20,000 nt of DNA, from assembly GCA_965372715.1 (NCBI GenBank), contig CBDVDH010000009.1:60317-80316 (forward strand), in the 5' to 3' direction. Shown one piece after another: positions 16,861 through 20,000 of the stretch. The notes beneath the pieces are model-generated. The model saw only the letters and a list, made by a program, of their open reading frames with translations, had not been told where the DNA came from and made no database searches. This DNA is from an uncultured bacterium. GTDB taxonomy: Bacteria > B130-G9. The stretch's first letter is position 1. Every line of letters begins with the position of its first letter. The translations under genes and the position numbers were made by a program.

Positions 16861-16967
16861 AGGTAACCACGAATGAACTCCAGAGGTAGCCACGAATGAA
16901 CACAAATAAACACGAATAAAAGAAAAACTCGACCCTTATTCGTGTCCATTCGTGTGCATTCGTGGTT
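16861..16967. repeat. Inverted repeat built from 10-bp ACACGAATNN units, with a duplicated left end
   Basis: Left arm GCCACGAATGAACACAAATAAACACGAATAA (16889-16919) against right arm TTATTCGTGTCCATTCGTGTGCATTCGTGGTT (16936-16967). AGGTARCCACGAATGAAC occurs twice (16861, 16884). Confidence 0.85.
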
Positions 16968-16978
16968 TCTCAATCTTA

Positions 16979-17257
16979 TTACTCCGGCGAAAGCCTTATG
17001 AACCATTTCATGTGCCTCGTATCCAAAAATATCTCGGCGTAGTTGTTCACCTCATCGACGATGGCATAGTGATAGCGGCGAAAGGCGCCCTCCCTGCTCA
17101 CCCAGCGGCCAGTTACCTGCTTGATGTTGAACACAAGGGCGCCGCTCGATCGGCCCTTCGACAGGAGCCTCGCCTTCAGCGGGAACATCCCATAAGCGTC
17201 ACCTCGAAACCCGAAGTGACAGACAACCTCAATCGCTTCCTGACACGTTATCGCCAT
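16979..17257 (-). CDS. Small beta-rich protein, DUF6504-like
   Basis: Co-oriented between dnaE and dinB. Pattern P...IKQVTGRW...YHYAI...AEIFLD...KWFI resembles the small proteins seen beside error-prone polymerases. The family call is from memory of the pattern. Confidence 0.65.
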   Translation of the reverse strand: MAITCQEAIEVVCHFGFRGDAYGMFPLKARLLSKGRSSGALVFNIKQVTGRWVSREGAFRRYHYAIVDEVNNYAEIFLDTRHMKWFIRLSPE

Positions 17258-17295
17258 GATGTGTGCAAATCGCCTCTAATCCTCGTTGAGGTCCC

Positions 17296-17371
17296 GTAGG
17301 GGTGCTGCTTGCCGCACCCTTGATATACGTTCGGTCATGTCATACGAGAGCGGGGCAAGCACCGCCCCTAC
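17296..17371. repeat. GTAG-type REP doublet (REPIN-like), copy 2
   Basis: GTAGGGGTGC-TGCTTGCC-GCACCC ... GAGCGG-GGCAAGCA-CCGCCCCTAC. Confidence 0.85.
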
Positions 17372-17414
17372 ACAGCCGCAAACCCAATCATGACCCAGCC
17401 TCATAAGGGCCACC

Positions 17415-19937
17415 CTACACAACCTGCTCCGCGTTGATGACCAGGCTGCCGCCCTCGTCGCGCACGACGCCGTTCACCATGAGTTTCGGCGTGCCGACGG
17501 TCTTGGCGCCGTCCCGTTGATAGACCTTCGGGAACAAAACGACCTCGATGAGGCCGTCATTGTCTTCCAGCGTAACAAACTTCATATAATCTCCCTTTTT
17601 CGTCCGAATCCTCTTGCCGGTGATGACGCGGCCGGACACCGTAACTTTCCGATTTATGTATCTTGCCAGCTCAGAGCTCTTGACGAAGCCGCACCGCTCA
17701 GCCACCAAATCCGTCCTCTGGTGTGGATCGACGCCAAGTATCTGAAGCTCCATCCTCTCTATCTCCTGCCACGTGTATTGTGGCAGCTCGGGCGGAACCG
17801 GCGGCGCAGACGGAATGCTCAGCCCAGAAAGCAGAGGCTGCTGCTGTCCTTCAGCGGAAAGGGCCGGGTGGAGGCGCATCGCCTGCCACAAAAGCTGTGG
17901 ACGAAATAGGCCGAAGCAATCCGCAGCGCCGCACCTTATTAAGGTTACCAGTTCCTGATATGAGGGCTTTACACGAAGAATAAAATCAGCGAGGTCTAGA
18001 AATTCGCCGCCAGTATTGCGCGACCTAAGGATGGCGGTTACAGTCTTTTGCTTCAATCCGCCAACCTGCTCGAATCCGATGCGGATGGCGTTGCCCCGGC
18101 CGCTGAAATCGGCCAGGCTGCGGTTGAGGCACGGAAGCTGAACCTCAAGCCCGCAGCGCTTCGCCTCCTGCACATACTCCGCCGTGTTGTAATAGCCGCC
18201 GTAATTGCTGAGCACTGCGGCGAGAAACTCCGCCGTAAAGTGGGCCTTCAGATACGCACACCGATACGACAGAAGGCCGTAAGAGACCGCGTGCGCCTTG
18301 CAGAAGCTGAAACTGGCGAACCGCGATACGAGCTCCCACAACTTGTCAGCGAACTCAGGCTCAAAGCCCCTTCCCACGGCGCACTCCCTGAACCGCGCCT
18401 CAATCTGCCGCGTCATCGGATACTTGCGACCCTTAGTTATCATCTTCCGCATCGTGTGCGCCTCAGCATCGCTCAGGCCCACCACCTCGACCGCAAGCCG
18501 CATCACCTGCTCCTCAGTCATGATGATCCCAAGCGATTCGGCAAGGACAGGCTCAAGCGCCGGGTGCAGATAATCGACCGGCTCCTGGCCGTGAAAGCGG
18601 CGGATGAAGCGGTCGAGCATACCGCCTTCACGCGGCCCAGGCCGGACGAGCGCAATCGCGATTATCACATCGTCCTCGCATTTGGGCCGCAGACGCTGCA
18701 AAAGGTTCCTCATGCTCGGCGATTCGATCTGGAAGCACCCAAGCGTCCGCCCCTCGGCCAGAAGCTTCAGTGTCTCCGGGTCCTTCCGGTCGATTCGCGT
18801 AAGAGCAAGCTCCACGCCATAATTCACCTTCACAACCTTCAGCGTGTCCGCGATCACGGAAAGGCCGCGTTGGCCCAAAAGGTCTATCTTCACAAGCCCC
18901 GTCGCCTCGGCTGCGTGCATCTCGAACTGCGTTACGATGAGGCCTTGCGAGGCGCGCTGAAGAGGCGTGTGCCGGTTGAGCTTGCCCCGGCTGACGAGCG
19001 TCCCCCCAGGGTGTATCGACAGGTGTCTGGGGAAGCCGCGTATGCGCTCCGCCATCGCCACGACCTTTCGGAAGCTCTCGTTCTTGAGCGAAAGCCCTTT
19101 GCACTCAGGCGTCTTCTCGATTATCTCCATTAGAGGAGCGGAGCCAAAATGTGGGACCCCACGCGTGAGGGCGTTGAGATCGGCTCGTGAGAGTCCGAGC
19201 ACGCGGCCGACCTCGCGAAGCGCGAACCTGGGGCCAAACGTTACGTGCGTCGAGAGCAGCGCCGCATGCTCCTGTCCATACTTTTGCAGGACGTATTTCA
19301 AGACCTCGTCGCGACGGCGATGGCAGAAGTCCAAATCGACGTCCGGGCACCCCTCCCGCCCCCTGGACAGAAACCGCGGGAAATAGAGGTTATACTTGAG
19401 CGGGTCCGGCTGCGTCAGGCCCAAAAGGTGCGAGACGAGGCTGTTGGCCGCCGAACCGCGACCCCACATCGGGATGCCCTGACGCCTCGCAAAGTTCGCT
19501 ATGTCCCAAACAATCAGAAAATAGGCCGCCATCCCCATCTCGCCGATGACCTTGAGCTCCTCCTCAAGCTGCTGAACCCGCCGTTCGTTGGCGTTGGGAT
19601 ACAGCACCTCCAAATTGCGTCGGCATATTTTCTCGAGAAACTCCTGGGCGGATGTTTCTCCGTTCCGCAACGGGAACTCCGGTAACATCGGCGGACGCGC
19701 CTTCAGCCTAAACTTGCACCGCTCGGCTACCTTCACCGTGTTCGCAACCGCCTCGGGATCAGCCACGAAGGCCCGACTCATCTCGTCCGCCGACTTCAGC
19801 CAGCATTCCCTAGAAACGAACTTCGACTCGGGCACGCTTTTAAGCACCTGATTCAGCCGGATCGCCGTCAAGACGCGATGCGCCTCGTAATCGTCAGGCC
19901 CCGCGAAAAAGACCGGCCCCGTCGCCACACGCGGCAA
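17415..19937 (-). CDS. dnaE2: DNA polymerase III alpha, error-prone DnaE2 type, 5'-truncated
   Basis: GRGSAANSLV, PDVDLDF, PRHLSIHPGG, KIDLLG, FQIESP, RPGP, FCKAHA. Ends at the OB fold with no tau-binding tail. The track start falls inside the PHP domain (LPRVAT), so the true start is outside the readable sequence. Confidence 0.88.
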   Translation of the reverse strand: MPRVATGPVFFAGPDDYEAHRVLTAIRLNQVLKSVPESKFVSRECWLKSADEMSRAFVADPEAVANTVKVAERCKFRLKARPPMLPEFPLRNGETSAQEFLEKICRRNLEVLYPNANERRVQQLEEELKVIGEMGMAAYFLIVWDIANFARRQGIPMWGRGSAANSLVSHLLGLTQPDPLKYNLYFPRFLSRGREGCPDVDLDFCHRRRDEVLKYVLQKYGQEHAALLSTHVTFGPRFALREVGRVLGLSRADLNALTRGVPHFGSAPLMEIIEKTPECKGLSLKNESFRKVVAMAERIRGFPRHLSIHPGGTLVSRGKLNRHTPLQRASQGLIVTQFEMHAAEATGLVKIDLLGQRGLSVIADTLKVVKVNYGVELALTRIDRKDPETLKLLAEGRTLGCFQIESPSMRNLLQRLRPKCEDDVIIAIALVRPGPREGGMLDRFIRRFHGQEPVDYLHPALEPVLAESLGIIMTEEQVMRLAVEVVGLSDAEAHTMRKMITKGRKYPMTRQIEARFRECAVGRGFEPEFADKLWELVSRFASFSFCKAHAVSYGLLSYRCAYLKAHFTAEFLAAVLSNYGGYYNTAEYVQEAKRCGLEVQLPCLNRSLADFSGRGNAIRIGFEQVGGLKQKTVTAILRSRNTGGEFLDLADFILRVKPSYQELVTLIRCGAADCFGLFRPQLLWQAMRLHPALSAEGQQQPLLSGLSIPSAPPVPPELPQYTWQEIERMELQILGVDPHQRTDLVAERCGFVKSSELARYINRKVTVSGRVITGKRIRTKKGDYMKFVTLEDNDGLIEVVLFPKVYQRDGAKTVGTPKLMVNGVVRDEGGSLVINAEQVV

Positions 19938-19945
19938 ATCCCGTA

Positions 19946-20000
19946 GGGGGGGGGGGAGAACCCCCCCCCGCGGTTGTTGGGGGGGGGGTTGGGGGGGGGG
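19946..20000. other. Low-complexity G/C-run tail, probable sequencing or assembly artefact
   Basis: Abrupt switch from dnaE coding sequence to homopolymer G and C runs at the window end. Confidence 0.75.

Noticed and set aside
18048-19133. 361-aa plus-strand ORF
   Set aside because: Antisense shadow of dnaE in GC-rich DNA.
19943-20000. G-quadruplex, or a third GTAG REP interrupting dnaE
   Set aside because: It starts GTAGGGG but degenerates into homopolymer runs at the sequence end, so an artefact is more likely. Raw reads are needed to decide.

Overview
GC-rich bacterial DNA with four parts. (1) 1-8334 (-) is one reading frame of at least 2778 aa. It is absent from the supplied ORF track because it runs off the left edge without a stop. 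It encodes a Sec signal peptide, a PQQ-like beta-propeller and at least 22 diverged ~103-aa Ig-like repeats, so it is a giant secreted or surface protein. It is preceded by a sigma70 promoter and a ~100-nt three-way-junction leader structure. (2) A STAS-HisKA fusion gene with no kinase domain, then a + strand operon: small 2-TM protein, LPG-synthase-TM/flippase-like protein, tatC. (3) A ~190-nt strongly base-paired non-coding segment, followed by an ABC-type (AAA_15/AAA_21-like) ATPase and a degenerate PD-(D/E)xK-like protein; this is a candidate defence cassette. (4) A - strand mutagenesis-type operon: dnaE2-like (5' truncated), small DUF6504-like protein, catalytically intact dinB, DUF72. 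Almost every intergenic gap carries a palindromic element, from at least five families. The last ~55 nt are G-run low-complexity sequence, probably an artefact. All family assignments and RNA folds were made by eye and none was computed.
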